Source: an uncultured delta proteobacterium (GTDB taxonomy: Bacteria > Desulfobacterota > Binatia > Binatales > Binataceae). Taken from it: a stretch of 64,000 nucleotides of DNA. The first letter of the stretch is position 1. Each line of letters starts with the position of its first letter. A model generated the notes under the pieces. It worked only from the letters and a program-made list of their open reading frames with translations. It was not told the origin of the DNA and made no database searches. Made by a program: the position numbers and the translations under genes. Shown here piece after piece: positions 62,906 to 64,000 of this stretch. Where the stretch lies: positions 105,041-169,040 of the forward strand of contig CAVZDJ010000037.1 in the NCBI GenBank assembly GCA_963773975.1, written 5' to 3'.

Positions 62906-63032
62906 ATGTTGGCCTCCGGCGAGCGCATTAAGGCAGTCGGGTGCCTTTCTGTAAGGAAGAGGAATCAGGAGTCAGGTCTTCACGAAATCGCGGCCGTTGC
63001 CGCGCTTGCTGATACTGTTAGCATGGAGTCCA

Positions 63033-64000
63033 GTGACTGAAATCGAACAAACCCTCGGCGGCGCGGCCGAGACGCAAGCAATTCGCGCACTGATCGCTGA
63101 CGACGACCCGGCCATCCGCCTCGTCCTGCGCCATCGGCTGGAGGCCGAAGGCTGGAGCGTCGAGGAGGCCGCCGACAGCGGCGCCGCGCTCGAGGCGCTT
63201 AACCGCGGCCGTTTCGACGTCGCCCTGCTCGACATCATCATGCCCGGCGTGGGCGGCCTCGAGGTGCTGAGCACCGCGCGCCAGCAGGGATGCGCGACGC
63301 CCATCGTCGTGATCACGGCGGCCAGCACGATGAACAACGCGATCGAGGCGCTCAAGCGCGGGGCCCGCGATTACCTCACCAAGCCGTTCGAGAACCTCGA
63401 CCTGGTGGTGACGACCGCGGCGCGCGCGGCCGAGACCGCGGCGCAGGCCTCCGAGCTGGAAAGGGTCAAGAAAGAACTCGACCGCAAGCTGGTGGGCGGC
63501 GAGATCATCGGCCACAGCGCCGCCATCCAGGAGGTCTACAAGCTCATCGGGCGGGTGGTCAGCAATGACAAGATCGACGTCGTGCTGGTGAGCGGCGAGA
63601 GCGGCACCGGCAAGGAACTGGTGGCGCGCGCGATCCACTTCAAGGCGCGCCGGCGCGAGCCGTTCGTGCCGGTCAACTGCTCGGCCATCCCACACGGCCT
63701 GGTCGAAAGCGAGTTGTTCGGCCATGAGCGCGGGGCCTTCACCGGCGCGGCCGAGCGGCGCGCGGGCAAGTTCGAGGTCGCCGGCGCGGGCACGCTGTTC
63801 CTCGACGAGATCGGGGATCTGCCGCTGGAGCTACAGCCCAAGCTGTTGCGCGTGCTCCAGGACCGCGAATTCACCCGGGTCGGGAGCGTGGAGACGCAGC
63901 GCCTGCAGGCCCGCATCATCGCGGCCACCAACCAGGACCTCGAAACCGCGGTCGCCGCGCGCCGTTTCCGCGAAGACCTCTATTTTCGCCTGCGCGTCAT
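63033..64000 (+). CDS. NtrC-family sigma-54-dependent response regulator (3' end beyond the window)
   Basis: It is not in the ORF track because it is open-ended. A GTG start at 63033 follows GGAG. It has a receiver domain (LIADDDPAIR...DVALLDIIMPG...TKPF), then AAA+ motifs GESGTGKE, canonical ESELFGHERGAFTGA and TLFLDEIGDL. Confidence 0.9.
   Translation, partial: MTEIEQTLGGAAETQAIRALIADDDPAIRLVLRHRLEAEGWSVEEAADSGAALEALNRGRFDVALLDIIMPGVGGLEVLSTARQQGCATPIVVITAASTMNNAIEALKRGARDYLTKPFENLDLVVTTAARAAETAAQASELERVKKELDRKLVGGEIIGHSAAIQEVYKLIGRVVSNDKIDVVLVSGESGTGKELVARAIHFKARRREPFVPVNCSAIPHGLVESELFGHERGAFTGAAERRAGKFEVAGAGTLFLDEIGDLPLELQPKLLRVLQDREFTRVGSVETQRLQARIIAATNQDLETAVAARRFREDLYFRLRV

Overview
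This is a 64 kb, high-GC (roughly 65%), densely coding bacterial chromosome segment. RND efflux, MltD-like, LapA-like and lipoprotein genes point to a diderm; I cannot assign taxonomy from sequence alone. I found no rRNA, tRNA, CRISPR array, transposase or integrase.

Content, left to right:
- Sir2 deacylase and GNAT acetyltransferase, divergent.
- An operon of a Met-rich secreted mini-protein, a cytochrome b and a sulfite-oxidase-fold molybdoenzyme.
- pobA preceded by two alpha/beta hydrolases.
- An ECF sigma / anti-sigma / LTXXQ periplasmic protein operon.
- MocA-like and XdhC molybdoenzyme maturation genes, then Bcp.
- A stripped-down tad/flp pilus locus (2 flp, tadZ, tadA, tadB, tadC) with a near-consensus sigma-54 promoter upstream.
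- An Asp-box (BNR) secreted protein.
- A class III PHA synthase operon (phaE, phaC, small phasin-like ORF).
- A Crp/Fnr regulator and a multi-PAS histidine kinase.
- gloA preceded in frame by a UPF0175-like ORF.
- Three paralogous acyl-CoA dehydrogenases, one of them frameshifted.
- An atypical sigma-54-type AAA+ regulator.
- A CocE/NonD hydrolase and an RND efflux pair.
- An AhpD/CMD-family ORF with an in-frame TGA at its CxxC motif (probable selenoprotein).
- An orphan RHH antitoxin and an aldehyde dehydrogenase.
- A decayed ParE-type TA cassette flanked by direct repeats.
- pepP, an SMP-30 protein, two family III CoA-transferases and YciI.
- A dedicated ECF transporter.
- An FmdB zinc ribbon, a KARI-like gene, YceI, ispF, moeA and an MltD-like gene.
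- An NtrB/NtrC-like pair, with the NtrC-like gene truncated at the right edge.

Most of the very long Arg/Ala/Gly/His-rich ORFs in the six-frame track are antisense shadow ORFs typical of high-GC DNA, and I rejected them.

The candidates I consider most worth follow-up are:
- the Met-rich protein / cytochrome b / molybdoenzyme trio;
- the CxxU AhpD-like ORF with a SECIS-like hairpin;
- the AAA+ regulator that lacks GAFTGA and has a Walker-B DE-to-DQ change;
- the secretin-less tad locus with its sigma-54 promoter.

Three separate single-gene frameshifts (the acyl-CoA dehydrogenase, parE and the LapA-like gene) could be real decay or assembly indels. All function calls come from reading the translated ORFs and recognising family motifs; no database search was run.
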